Positions 50,633-64,000 of a DNA stretch of 64,000 bases are shown one piece after another. The stretch is from positions 26,538,001 to 26,602,000 of the forward strand of contig CM119372.1 of the NCBI GenBank assembly GCA_051294905.1, read 5' to 3'. The position numbers and the translations under genes are program-made. The number at the start of each line of letters is the position of its first letter. Within the stretch, counting starts at the first letter, position 1. This stretch comes from Botryllus schlosseri. Lineage: Eukaryota. The notes beneath the pieces are model-generated. The model was given only the letters and a program-made list of their open reading frames with translations. It made no database searches and was not told the origin of the DNA.

Positions 50633-52570
50633 GCCGAGCGAGACAGTGTAATGGCCATGCGTCCGGCTTCTTGATCGGTAGGTCGTGGTTCGATCTGCCG
50701 CCGGGTCAGGCCAAAGACTCGAGAACTAGCATCGGCGGCTATCTTGCTAGGCGCTCAGCATCCACGGATAGCATGGAAGAGAAAAAACGGGGGTGCGGAC
50801 CAGAGTTGGATCAATTGTAATTTGTAATTGAGCTGAATGTACTTGTCTACATTTTTTAATGTAAATGTAATTGTAATTGTAATTGCAGCATTTCAATTTT
50901 GTGTAATTGTAATTGTAATTTGATAAAAATTTTGCTCAATTACAATCTCAATTACATTTTTATGGAAACCTGACAATCACAACATAAAATAATCAATCAA
51001 TCAATCATTTATTCGTCACACCAGTGAAAATCCGGTACAGACCAGAATGACGACGTGGGGCCGCAAGGCCTTAAGTCCTTAGTACACAGTCGCCACCTGT
51101 AATAATTAGCCTATATTTACATCGGTGTTCTATGCGTGCCGGTGCTAGATAAATCAGCCATGCTAAACTGTTTCCCATACTTCAGTAGCAACAGAAAACT
51201 TGGTGAATTACAATATAGGCTAAACCAATGGTTCTCAAACTGGGGGGCGAGCCCCCCTTTGGGCGGCGTAAAAGCATCTGAAGGGGCGCGAAGCTCCGGT
51301 AAACCGAAATTTTTTCCGCGCTTGGCGCGATTCACCTCCATTTCATAGTTATTGCTCTGCGCACAGTCCGAATTTCATATTGGAGAATTCTTTCATCAAC
51401 AGTCATAACCTTCCATACCATCAACCATGGCCTACTAAAAGGCCATGCATCAATCTATCTGTAAGGATTGCTAACATTCTGGTTTCATTGTGTGATATGA
51501 CGATAAGAGAGGCACGAAATATTTCACTGTCATAAGGGGGACGTGTCTAAAAAAAGTTAGAGACCTGTGGGCAAAACTAAATCTTACTATATCAAAAATT
51601 AATGAACAGCAAATAAACTCTTCTGAAACCTGTGCTGAGCCATTTCCTACACCACGGCCATAGTTTTATTTTTAAATCTCTAACCAGTACCAAGGCTTCC
51701 TGCAACAATTGCAAAAGTAAATTCAAGTTTCCAATTAAGGCTTCATCAAACTTGAACACGCATTTGTTGAGATGTTATCCCAATCTTACCTCCAATCTTG
51801 GCCAAATTTACTGGGGCCAGAAATTTTCGCACCCTAATGTTCATCAAATGCAATCTAACAGTTTCCGAGCAAGTGAATACCGGTATGTAAATGCGAACTA
51901 AAATGTTGTAATGCGTAGTTATCAGGAGGCTCTTTTCTTCTGCATTTATTTTAATTTTACACATCTTATCGGTATCATCCTTATCGCTGACGCCTTACCA
52001 ATTACATTTCATTGTCCTCACTCAGCTCTGAGTAGCCTAATCGTTTAATTACATTTCATCGACCTGTAGCCTATTCGCTGTTAGTCGCTCAAACTTTTGG
52101 TTGTTAACAGTCGCTTGAAACATGTTTCTGTGTTTGTAGTTTTCAGTACTCCTGATTAGGAATAGTTCGAATACGTTCGAGTTTTTTTTTTAAATAAAGG
52201 GTGTTCTACGTATCATGAATGAAACATGAATACTGAATAGCTTGAGATTGTTGCTAATTACGTCGCTACGGTTGTCAAAGAACATCTCTCTACCGCATCA
52301 ATTACATGTTAACAGTAATTGTAATTGTAATTGTATTAATTACATGTTTAACAGTAATTGTAATTGTAATTAGATATTTTTAGCATTGAGTAATTGTAAT
52401 TGCAATGTAATTGAAATATGCAAGAATGTAATTGTAGTTGTCATTGTAATTGAACTGAATTATTGTAATTGATCCAACTCGGGTGCAGACTAGGTGACCT
52501 TACGGTCGTATCACATCTCCGTCATCGAAGCATCTCGATTGTGCAGGCGAAAATGAACATCATCTCTTTC
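50633..52570 (+). mobile_element. MetaSINE-type SINE with tRNA head, split by the insertion 50801-52482
   Basis: B box ggttcgatc at ~50687, ccgggtca..ccaaagact core; the 3' half resumes at 52483 and matches 3799-3906 in reverse. Confidence 0.85.
50801..52482 (+). mobile_element. hAT element with TAATTG repeats and a BED zinc-finger remnant; contains a LINE 3' end (50990-51110, minus) and a MITE (51226-51569)
   Basis: TIR cagagttggatcaatt/aattgatccaactc, TSD gtgcggac/gtgcagac; ASCNNCK...SSNLNTHL at ~51690-51780. Confidence 0.85.
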
Positions 52571-54602
52571 CTTGCTAATTTATTGAAACAAATTATGACG
52601 CTTATTTGCTGGCGAACAACCACGCAATTTCATTGAGATAGCCACGTTACAATTGTGATGGTATAATTTGCAGCATAACATACTTTCCACTTTGAAATCA
52701 TTGATATGAATAGGTAATAAACTGTAAGGTACAGGAAAATTATCTTCCAAGTGATAGTCAATACCCGGAAGTGTATTTTGTAGAGTCTATGTAGATTTCA
52801 CTAATCCAGAACGAAGCCGGTGGTTTGTATTCGTAATCGAATTTCCCGAACAATATTACATCGATACCCTACCGTTTTAAGACACACAATGGCAAATTCA
52901 CACTTGGTCACTTTGGTTGCGTTTTTCTTCTCTATGTATTTACTCTCGTCATATAGTAGTCACTGGTTGTGGCCATAGCTTACTGTGCACCAAATGCGCA
53001 AAGCGCGCTGAGCTGTTATTTACATTCACATATTGTGCCATTGTACACAAGAGTCATCCCCACAGTATGTATAGATAGACCATGTTTGATAGTTCGATAA
53101 GCACTCGGGTCGGGTCATATTTTAGGGAAATTCACCGCAAAATGTTTAAATAACAAAACAGTAGTCATATATAATTATGAAAATCTCATGCATGCGAAAA
53201 CATGATGGTCACAAACGGAATATCAGCTTGAACGCCGCTAAAAGAGTGAATCAATTTAACATATGCGCAAACGGGAATTCGTAATAATAGTAATAGAATG
53301 CATCACTGTTTCTTGGTGACTATGTACTGTACAAAAATACGTAAATTCTTACTTGAATTCCACAATGCCACAGCGACGACTTTAGATTTTATGAGGTTGA
53401 TATATCCAAATCTCGATGCTCAGAACAGACTAAATATAGAAATCCAAATTTGTTGGTACACCCAACTTCAGTTGAAATCAGTGAATTTATAGGTATGTAG
53501 CCTAGATCTAACGCATAAAATGACCGGATCGTTGTTGATATAACGGCGGAGAGCTGACTAGTATTGTATGTCCGCCATATGCTGTCAATTCAGAAATAAT
53601 AGTCGGCAATTCTCTGTGATTTACCGATTCCGTAAGGCACAGATTAGTCAGTGATACCTAAAATCGATACGACGAATATAGTCACGATGTGCCGCTGGAG
53701 AATACTAGTTGCAGGAAGCGGGCGATCTACCATGCTGCATGCAATAAGGCATGAGTCATCTACTGTATCAATACAGTGAAGATTTGTGACACCTAGCTCG
53801 ACGATTTCTCCCTAATTCTACCTCCGTCCTGGCATAGAATCGTCATCCATACGACAAAGCATATCGGTCGTTAATGATTGATAACTAACAAATACGCCCA
53901 ACCTACGCACGTTGCTGTCGACTGACAATAGCGCTCTGAACACCGTTCTAGGCAGCTCAACTCTGCATATATTCAATACCGATCGTTGTATTACATGGGA
54001 AATTATTGCAAGTTAATTTCCTGCGCAACGTATGTCGCCAAATATACTGCATATGCCACCATATTTAACGGGTACTGTGCACTGTACGCTGTACTGACCA
54101 GCAAATTGATGCCACGAAGATGGAGGCTCGTTGTAATTGTAAATCCTTCTATAGCTACCAGACATAAACTATCGATGCAACCCTAACACTGTTGAGTGCT
54201 GACATCCTGTTTTCTGTGCAGGAGATAGTAACAGAGAAGAGGGCAACGCATTTGTCTATAACTCAAGCTTGGTCGATAGTCACACATAGTTATGATATAA
54301 CACAAGGCCCACGTCATTTTACACCGACACGCGCTCTCGTAAGTATTTGCGATGGGTCTGAATATAGGAAGTGACTTGCTTATTTATCTTTGCCATTTAG
54401 GTGAGGCATTTCTGAGTTCGAACTACGTTGTTGAACACAGTGGTGCATGACGAAGGCACGCGCCTTTTGAAATCATTTCGCGACTGCGCATATTTATAAA
54501 TGTGACACTTCTATATAATCTTACATTTAATCTAAGTGAATCGCATTTCGATGTCCTGTCGATTGACCGCAGCTTGGGTGTAAACATGTCATAACCATAT
54601 AC

Positions 54603-54898
54603 TAGGGTTAACATATGTCCTGCTTTTGGAGAATTCGTCCTCATTTATATAGCTTTGACAGCCAGGCTAATGAACATGCACAACTCAAAAACGCCATAAA
54701 TGACAAGAAATCTGCTATGCGGATATTCCGGCAGGTCTTTCGCAAGTAGGACTGGAAAAATGACATTACTTCTTTTAGTCAAAACAACATGATTTCCCGT
54801 TAAAATTCTAGAATCGGTTATTTTCTAGTCCGGTAATCCAACTTTAGTAATTTGTAAAAAGTGTCCTCCTTTCCTGGTCCCAAAATGTGGTAACCCTA
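54603..54898. mobile_element. hAT MITE with TAGGGT termini
   Basis: tagggttaacata/tgtggtaacccta, TSD ccatatac/ctatatac. Confidence 0.8.
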
Positions 54899-54913
54899 CT
54901 ATATACCATACCA

Positions 54914-55803
54914 CAGTGTTGGGATCAAGTCACTACCTTCTGGTCACGAGTCATTTCGAGTCATTGCACATTTTGACTCGAGTCAAGTCAAGTCACCCGA
55001 TTTTTGGAGATGACTCCAGTCAAGCCGAGTCGAGTCAAGCCAAGTCAATTCACGAGTCAAGTCACAATTCAAGTCAACTTGCTTTTTCGAAGTATAAGGC
55101 ATGATTACGTCATTGAATTTTGCTAGCTGTCTGAAACACAGATTGAGTCGCAGGTCATTGATTCTGAACCGATGAACGAATGTAGAGTTAAATATACGCG
55201 CAAGAAGGCGCTGTATCGCTCACATCTACGTAGAACTGTTAAACTACGTAAGTAATTGCATAGCCTCAGTGTATAGTTACCAGCCAAAATAGAGATTAGA
55301 TAATAGAGAAACGAATTGATAAGATGCAATACATTACCCATTTACAATTTGATATGATACAATTCGAGCCTGCGCCAATGGTTGAGGACTATATAAACTA
55401 TATTCGAATTCAATTTCAAAAAACAAGAGGTTTGGTTAAGATAAGAACAGATAACAGAAATGGACAACTTGCTATTAAATAACTTTACTACTAGTTTACG
55501 ACAACGTAAGTTGTAAGCTTCGATCACTTCGGTCGCGAAAAATATATTTGTGAGAGAACAATGGAGGCTCAGTGAAACGCATGATCATTAAATGATTGGT
55601 CGCTCTCACAGCGATTCACACCAGCGTTTCGCGAACAATCCGACCACATGCAAGATACGGTGATTTTTATCGACACCGATTATACTTGATGACTTGAAAT
55701 TGACTCGTGAATTTCGCTCCGAGTCTCGAGTCAATCCACATTTCTGATACGCCGAGTCAAGTCAAGTAATACGAAAAAGGTGACTCGAGTCATCCCAACA
55801 CTG
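54914..55803. mobile_element. Non-autonomous hAT with GAGTC/AAGTC repeats
   Basis: TIR cagtgttgggat/atcccaacactg, TSD ccatacca/acatacca. Confidence 0.88.
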
Positions 55804-55853
55804 ACATACCATACGGTAGCATACCAAGGTATTATATGGCATATGGCATATAC

Positions 55854-56936
55854 CAGACCTGGACAAAGTGCGGCCCGCGAAAGGCTCCTTGGAATTCAAA
55901 TCATAAAACTTGCTTTTTGAATGACTAACGCCATAGGCTGTATCAACTCAACAGGAAATTCGTTTACTTTGAAGCCTGTTCAATAATATGCCACGATTAC
56001 GCTGCCTACGTAATCCAGATTCAAAATAAGGGGAATGTGGCAAAGTATGAGTAGCAATTAAAGTCACAAGAAATCACTCTTTCCAAATAGTTCGGTTCAA
56101 ACCTTCTTTGTTGCCATTGTCACGTTGAGCATTATACGGCATGTATTTCAAATTGTTATGTCATGCGTTTCCAAATCCCCAATTCGTAAAACAAGTCAAT
56201 TAGTGCTCTCGCGATTATTATTTGATTCGTCATCAACCACTCATATAGGATTAACAGGATTCGCTCAACATCTAGGCAATTTAGGCTGCACACTGCTCGG
56301 AAGGCAGCAACCAAGAAAATAAGCATTTTACTATTGCATATACGTTTCAGTGTAGTGAATCTCATATACTGGGGGGCGTGAAATCATCAGAAAGGGGGCG
56401 CGAAGTCGAAGTTTATTAAACTACTTTTTTCGCGCTTCGCGCGATTTAACCCACGACTTATAGTTTTTGCTCTGTGTATTGTCCGACTTTCATATTTCAG
56501 AATTCTCTCATCAATAGCCACAACCTTCCATGCCACGAACTATCCGTTGGCATTGCTAGTATTGTGGTTGCAGTTTTAATATTTTGTGATATCATGATAA
56601 GGGAGCGAGAAATTTTTCACTATCATAAAGGAAGGCGTGCCTGAAAAGAACCACTGTTTTCGAGTCTTAATAGAAGAACGTGAATAGGGGTTTAAAGGGT
56701 TAAAAATGTATATTGTTTAAATTGTTTCGAATCATGATGGCAAATAGATATTTCTAAGAAATTAACCGTCACTTTCTCATCACCTAACATCAACACATTC
56801 ACTGAGTAGCATTTATTAACGGTGTAATTCAAAAATAAGATACGCTGGAGAATATAGCTAAAAATTTTCACTCGGCCCGCCAACGTATTTTCTACTTCTT
56901 ATTTGGCCCGCGGAGGAAAATAATTGCCCACCCTTG
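55854..56936. mobile_element. Composite hAT element, inverted relative of 4976-6285
   Basis: TIR cagacctggacaa/ttgcccacccttg, perfect TSD gcatatac. Confidence 0.88.
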
Positions 56937-56974
56937 GCATATACCATACCATATTGAACACCTTATCTGTACAT

Positions 56975-57593
56975 TAGGGCTGTTCAAAAATAACTTTTTT
57001 TCCTGAATCTTGCTGGTTACTTGATTAAATCGTTAGGTTGCCTTAAAAAGCGACGCATACCAAATTTGAATTCATTCCGACAAATATTCGCGGGTTACGT
57101 AGAGTTTGAAAATTTTGGATTTGCCCAAAAACGCAAAAAATTTTTTTTTTCAAATTTTTCTGCCAACCCCATGAAATTGTTGGGCTGTCTTCAAAAACTA
57201 TGCAAAACAAATTTGACTCAATTCCAAGCCGTAGAAGCGGAGTTATTTCAGTTTTTATTCGATAATTCTGGGATTATCCTTGATTGGTGGATAATCCAAG
57301 AATTATCACCGAAAAACTGGAATAATTCCGCTTCTACGGCTTGGAATTGAGTCAAATTTGTTTTGCATAGTTTTTGAAGACAGCCCAACAATTTCATGGG
57401 GTTGGCAAAAAAATTTGAGAAAATTTTTTTTTTGCGTTTATGGGCAAATCCAAAATTTTCAAACTCTACGTAAACCGCGAATATTTGTCGGAATGAATTC
57501 AAATTTGGTGTGCGTCGTTTTTTAAGGCAACCTAACGATTTAATCAAGTAACCAGCAAGATTCAGGAAAAAAAGTTATTTTTGAACAGCCCTA
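56975..57593. mobile_element. 619-bp palindromic foldback MITE, second copy
   Basis: Near-perfect palindrome centred at ~57284, perfect TSD ctgtacat. Confidence 0.95.
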
Positions 57594-58494
57594 CTGTACA
57601 TACAGCTTAGTGTAACTTCACGAAGCCACTGGGCCATGTGCGTGAGAGACCGTGCTCGGTTTCGGCCTGCATAATGTGTCAATAACCGAGAAATACATTG
57701 AGCTTACGTTCAAGCTGACTTAAAATTAATTACCCACCTTAGGAAATTACAATGCTAATAGTAACCATCCTCCAAAGTGCAATGTAAGATTATATGGGAA
57801 GAAATAACTGGTAGTCATTTTGCCGAAATAAGTCTTCCCCAAACAAGCAACTCTTGCCGAATGGCGATCGTTCGAACACGAATGGTATTGACTGTTCGCG
57901 GCTTCCCAAAGATATTTAACCGAATTCCATAAGATGTGTTCACCATGTTCGTGATAAGGTCGCATAGAAAGCCGATCATAAAAAAATGTTCGGTGGTTTC
58001 CCTGAATACCGAAGAATCTTATTCTTACGAAGAGCATGTAATAACCCCCTGTTTTGTATTCCGCCACCGATATTTTTGTCCGATACTTGAAATCGAACCA
58101 CTTTCTCTACTTTTCTGTCTCCAACTTTCACTCAAAGCATGCGGAATTAATTTTTTCCGTAACGTCCTGTCACCTTTCCTCAACAATAGGCTTGGTTTGA
58201 AATTTGAGATGGTTCCAGTTAGAAAATTACATATTTCTTCCACCTTTACGGCGGGCAGGTCTGATGACCAATGTATGGGTGGGGTAAATGGACATTTGAC
58301 CTGCTCTCGCAGCATCCTTAAGGATTGTAGCGATGTAAAATTGTATTCTGAAATCTGAGATGTATTTTAATGCTATAATAACTTTGTTTTACGCAATTCT
58401 CTCTCTATCTCTGCTAGCTATGCGTTCGTGCTCTTGTTTTACGTGTCGTAAGTCCAACTCGCCTCTGTTGTAATTTCGAAAGAATCCCTTAAGC

Positions 58495-59115
58495 CAGTGA
58501 TTCTCGACCTTTTTGTCTTCGCGGATCCCTTTTGAACCGTCACGGGCTAGGTCCTGTCTTGTAAATTCACACCGTTGATTTGATATGAATGAGTGCCGAA
58601 AATCCATTTCCACGACGAAAGGTGGTGGCGAATGTGTAATAGTAACACGTAACGCTTCCGACGACACGTTTAGGCATGATCGCAACATATGTGGCACCGA
58701 AATTGAGAAACAGATTTTAACGAACATATAACGTCCAGCCTAATCATTTCTATCTAGCACCTCTTATTGAAGTAATTTTGAAAATCGGTTATGTTGTATA
58801 TGACCAGAGAAAATGGTTCTTTGCCAACAAATCTTTTCCAAACCCCAGCAAAACATCACTAAGCAGCAATATGTTTGTATTAGTAGGCTATTGGCAATTT
58901 GGCAATTAAAATGAGTTTGCATAGTAGAATATTTCATCGCAGACGCCCGTTCTGCTTATGTGAGTCCTGAAGTTTTAGCAGTTATGAAGAGAAACTGCAT
59001 CGTGATTTCTCTACATTAAAAAAAAAACTACAAAATAGGTTATCAACCATTTTGCAAATTGGAGCTTTCGCGGACCCCTGAAAATGCTACGCGGACTCCC
59101 GGCTGAGAACCACTG
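58495..59115 (-). mobile_element. hAT MITE family A, reverse copy
   Basis: TIR cagtgattctc/gagaaccactg, TSD ccttaagc/cctttagc. Confidence 0.88.
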
Positions 59116-60240
59116 CCTTTAGCGTTTAAATAGCTGGTAGACAGTCGTGACGATGAAAACAAATACGCATTACCGATAGCATAGGGTAATTACCATGGAC
59201 AGCTTCATGAAAAACTTGGGTCTCTACAAAATCTTTGATTTGTCTTTGATTCGTAGACTTAAATGTTATTCATTCGTACGCGAAATGGAGTGATTGAACT
59301 CTCTTGATTCGTTCAACTAAGAGTTCATATTCACAACTATTAAGCATTCAGCGGGAGATCGCAAACTTGCTAATTGATAGCACAGCCGAACTCATTATAA
59401 ATGAAATAAACCTACCCCTACATATATACATTTATTTTCGAGTTCTTATAGTAGCGTGCGAATGTGTAGCCTATGGCGGCTTATATATGTCACACACATA
59501 AGTTCGCCAACACCAGGAAGTTCTTCTGGCCCATTCATTTGGCAATTTTTTAAACCTCTCCTATTCATTCTTCTGTCGGCTTGTGCCTGGATATATACAT
59601 ATTTACGGAGTCATAACATTAGGTTTACGGTTACCGGTACTGGTTCAATGCCCTGTTAATTTTATTGCGTGCTTTTCAATTCTGGGCATCTTACCTTTCA
59701 TCAAGAGCAAGTTTTTTACTTAACAAAGTCTTAACAAACTTTATTGGAGGAAGCATTTTTAAAGCTAGTATATAGAGATTTCAGGTTTTGGGGGATGAAG
59801 ATTCGAAATAAATCTGAAGTGGAGATTGAAGAAAAAAGTGGGGAGCCCCTGTGATAAGATGACATATAATACCGATCATAAAAAAAAAGTGTTCAGCGAT
59901 TTCGAGAATACCGAACATTTTCATTCTTACAATGAGCATGCTGTAATAAGTAATAATCCGCCTCGCGAGATCATAAAACGTTTTGGAAATCGCCACTGTT
60001 GTAGTAAAATTTGCTGTATTTGAGAATAATTATATATTTTAACTTAGCTCAATCATATAACATAGAAATTTTACTACTACAGCCCTTGACCGCGACTACG
60101 CGAGCAAACCCATGTCCAGACCGCTACTGATATGCAGGACAATGAATGATGGTAGTCTAGCTTTGAGCTGAACATAGTCTGACGTTGAAAATGAGAATTT
60201 ACTGTAGTTAGACTGGTTAAATTCTCAACGACCGATACCT

Positions 60241-60430
60241 AAGTGTTAGAGGTTAACCTAGGCTCCTCCTCTCCACCTCATCCGCGTCAGCGGTGACTTA
60301 CAAAAGCCTAGAGGTGGGCCGTGCTATAAGTCGGCAGATACGGAAAATAAGAAGAATATCGGCCTGGTGTAAATGACCATAGTAGTCGACAAACACCATG
60401 AATACCCCAAAACAAACAAACAAACAAACA
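60241..60430 (+). mobile_element. 5'-truncated SINE (family X)
   Basis: Aligns with 15968-16151; (CAAA)n tail. Confidence 0.88.
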
Positions 60431-61974
60431 GTAACACAGTTACCAACGCTTGACTGCCGACATCTTGAACACGAATATTAGAGTCAAGATATAGGTCTAT
60501 TCACCCGAATTTGTGAATGGATTATGCAGAAGCACTTCTCATCGAATCCTGTCATAATCGCAACATTTCATTCACAACTATAACCTCTTAATTGGTCCTG
60601 CATGAGCTGTTAATCCCTGTTGCCGAGTTTGCGATATCGTGTGATAGATTCCTTTAATTTTAACCCGTATAGTAAGAGCTAAATTATGTTCCTAAGTAAC
60701 TTATACCAGTGGGTAATTCCCGACCGTGACGCACCAGTCCCTTATGGGAGATACGCACCACTACCACTTTTTACAATACTACTAATAATCACAATAATGC
60801 AGATGCCCTCTCACTCACCACCTGTTATGAACTGTAAGGATTAGCAGGACGTATTATATCACGATGCAGTGCAGAATGCAACTCACTGTCCATATTAGAT
60901 CTCACTAGAAGCTGTCAAATGACAAATATTACACGTCTAGGCGAACTTATATTTAGCACACAGCATTGTCATATCGATTCAAAAGAGGTCGCACATATTG
61001 TCTATGTGTTTCTATTGTGATCGGGTGATGACTTTAAACAGCTATAATGTAACTGATATCATATCGCAGCCAAAGTTATAGAATTTCAGTTGATGTGAAG
61101 GAATGAGCTCGTCTTCTAGTTCATTCCACACGGATCACGTTTATGCAGTATTTTTCCGATTAATAATGGTAGCAGTTTTGTAGTGGGATCCTGCGTCATC
61201 TGACTTATTTGCTTGTGGTGAGTGGATCTCTCGTGATCTTTTTCACTTCGCGAGATTTAGATTTAATATTCCGACGGGGTTTAGTGATATTTCTTGTCAC
61301 TTTCCACCGTTTTACGGATGAATTGCACATTGCCTGCTGTATACAATAACACATCAACCTTGATACTCTCTCATTGTCAGGAAGAGCATTTGATCGGTAT
61401 TTACTTCGTCAAACTACTTGTTTAACTAAAATTGCGAGTATATTAAACCTGAAGCTGTTTGAGCTGATACTCTTCATGCAATCGTCGGCAAACTTGGGTA
61501 ACTACGTTGGATACAGTCAATTATGACGCAATAATAGATCAGTGATTCCCTACCGCGGCTCCAAGGTAGCCTTTATACGGCTCTGAATGACCTCTAAATA
61601 TGACCCAAATTACAATAGACGACAGTTGTTGTTGTTGTTGTTTGTTTCTATGAATAGTTATAGTCAATTTCTGTATACGTGTATATGAATGATAAAATAA
61701 GGGATATTAGTTATGTCTGAAGCCATCCAAGGCCGCCTCTGAGAACCGAGAAAGAGAATTCATGCAGACCAGCTTCAAACGCATGGATGAATATAACCGT
61801 CAAATAAGGATATATCTCGAGTTTTGCTGGTCATAGATCTTTATACATCGTCTACGTGGAGAGTAAATTTCGACCCAATTTTATCAACATCAAAATAACG
61901 GCTCATAATCAAGTATAAATTGCAATAAGTGCGATCTTACTCAGCGTATAATCACTCGCAAACTTGAGCATTAA

Positions 61975-62442
61975 AGGGGCACTGCACTCTAAAATTGATG
62001 TGGTCTCCAATTTAAGGGCAAAACGAAAAAAAAATTGGCCGCAGCCATTTTCTTCAGAACGCCAGAACGTCCTATTCTTATGTATAATAGTATAAAACAT
62101 TTTTTATGTATAAGACATTGTTAGACATGATCTATATCTGTCCGAAAGAAATAGAATACACTAGGCCCGATTTTGACAGAAATCTCCTGATTGAACGTCT
62201 TCCGTTGAACGCGGTATCTAAACCATCTTAGCTTGTACGACACATTTCCTTCATAACATCGGCTGGCAACTATATAAAGTTCGATCTCTGCGTGACTGCT
62301 GGAGCGTGAAACCCACGTGAATATTTCAATAAATTGCAGCTCCATTACGGTGGCGTTCTGAAGAAGACGGTTGCGGCCAAGTTTTTTTCGTATTGCCCTT
62401 CAACAATTTGAGGCCACATCATTTTTAGAGTGCAGTGCCCCT
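61975..62442. mobile_element. Non-autonomous Kolobok element (MITE)
   Basis: TTAA TSD (61971-74, 62443-46); TIR AGGGGCACTGCACTCTAAAA extending imperfectly for ~90 bp. TTAA with purine (AG) termini fits Kolobok rather than piggyBac. Confidence 0.85.
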
Positions 62443-62510
62443 TTAAGTGCTGGAATGTATGAAGAGCTATCTCATAACGACATAATATGATGTTGTAGTA
62501 ATGATATGCT

Positions 62511-63515
62511 CAGGACCGTAACAGCACTTCGTCAGCACCCCAAACAAACGCTGGTCTTTGGCCCCAATAGAGTGATAAACCAAACCCAGTGCCCTCATTC
62601 CGTCCTACATGTTATCACTACGATCGTGGTCTTGATATCGGTGGTTGCTGTGTGGTTGCAGTATATACGCACGTATAGCGCAAAAAATCAAATACATGGT
62701 GGAATTCGGTCAATGAAATTGGAAATGCATATATTACTGTAGAATTTTTGACTACTAGCCCACGTTCTCAGATTTACCGTTGGTACTGACGGCATTGATG
62801 TATCCTAATATTTAGGGCCCGTAATTAATACTTATGCATCTTCGGGGGCGCCCGTTGTTATCAATTACTTTGTTGTGCGTTGTTATTTCATGACCTCCCG
62901 TCTGCTACATAGTCAAAAGATTGTCGGAATCGCCGCAACGCACCAGACCTAAAGAACTTCTTTCGTACGACGCACACGAGTCGGCACGACTCAAAAGTGG
63001 AATTTCTTTACGGGGTGCAAAAGTTTTCTCTACGGTTGGCATTTGAAAGGTGGTATAGGATTGCCAGGAATAGGTTATTATGCGCCATCTATTGAGGCGC
63101 CTATGGTCTAGGCAAAATTCGACACTTATATAATATATAGGTTACCGCCAACATGAGGCGGTTCTTTGACTTCAAGTTTTCCTCGCCGCCGAGCTTTTTG
63201 GCAGCACTTCGCATTCGCATGTTAGCCGAAACGTCATTGTCGACGTCTTGGTGTGTAGTGACGCGGTAATGGCCGTCGCCGAAATGCTTATCTCAATAAA
63301 TTATGCTTTATGGGGGGGGGGGGGGGGTACCCATATTAATATCATGACATCTAGCAACAATAAATCTCATGAAGCGGGAAGAAAATTTGTTTAAAGCTCT
63401 ATAAACATATAACATACCCTATAATTTATGTTAATTCACGAAATAATTTTGGGCCCCTCTTCGAGCTCGCCCCCCCCAAATTGGTGCGGGGTGGGGTGCT
63501 GCAGCTCCGGTCCTG
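62511..63515 (+). mobile_element. hAT-type non-autonomous element, family C
   Basis: TIR caggaccg/cggtcctg, TSD gatatgct/gttatgca; homologous to 20632-21120. Confidence 0.75.
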
Positions 63516-64000
63516 GTTATGCATTTCAGTTTATTTCAATTTATTTCAGTTTATTCAATGTATGTATTTTAATGTATTTTCATGTATAATGTATGTATTT
63601 CAATGCCAATCTGCGTCTATCTAACTAACCGATATAGGATCTATAGAAGTCTATGTGCATATTTTGTATTAGCTGGATGGTGAGATCCAGAGGTAGGCTA
63701 CCTACCTTTAAGTTTTCGTTATAACTACCCAACACGAATGTTTTCATCTGGATCCATGCGTACTCCGAAGTTCGAAGTGCGGCTCCGACATCCAAAAAGG
63801 TTGGGAACCACTACTATTGATAGATTAAATACAGCATGAAATGCTGGCAAACCGAGAGCGCCGCTAGTGAGCTATTTTGCTTTTGAACAAAAATCCTTCT
63901 GGTGACACAATTGTGGATAGCGGACTTTAGGAAAGTGGATACGATTGCCGACTTATGGAAAATGACTTATTACTGTCATTCATAATCCGACAAGGTCTGA

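Larger units (their letters stand above)
61540..63813. mobile_element. hAT MITE hosting the Kolobok MITE and a family C element
   Basis: TIR cagtgattccc/gggaaccacta with gcggctcc subterminal motifs (also at 15147); TSD decayed. Confidence 0.65.

Noticed and set aside
57021..57547. Pair of near-identical opposite-strand ORFs (MIKSLGCLKKRR…)
   Set aside because: Artefact of the palindromic MITE; no recognisable domain, and the frame is broken in the other copy.
61975..62442. piggyBac element (TTAA TSD)
   Set aside because: Termini are AG…CT, not the CC…GG typical of piggyBac.

Overview
AT-rich animal genomic DNA, probably from a marine invertebrate (inferred from spliceosomal introns, MetaSINE and hAT/Kolobok/CR1-group repeats; the species cannot be determined). 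One host gene can be assembled by hand on the minus strand: 11 phase-consistent GT-AG coding exons over 47922..17844, about 447 aa. It has a Ser/Pro/Arg-rich N-terminus and a six-bladed NHL beta-propeller, with no RING/B-box seen. Most other interpretable sequence is transposon-derived: many non-autonomous hAT elements with 8-bp TSDs, often nested several deep; two ~620-bp near-perfect foldback palindromes; a Kolobok MITE; two tRNA-SINE families; and CR1-group LINE fragments. The first 6.6 kb may be the interior of a large Kolobok element. It has one TTAA/AG terminus at 6645 and carries a P2X7-ballast/KolX-like gene plus a DUF4806-like pseudogene. Most ORFs in the supplied track are spurious. 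All family assignments come from motif recognition by eye, not database searches.
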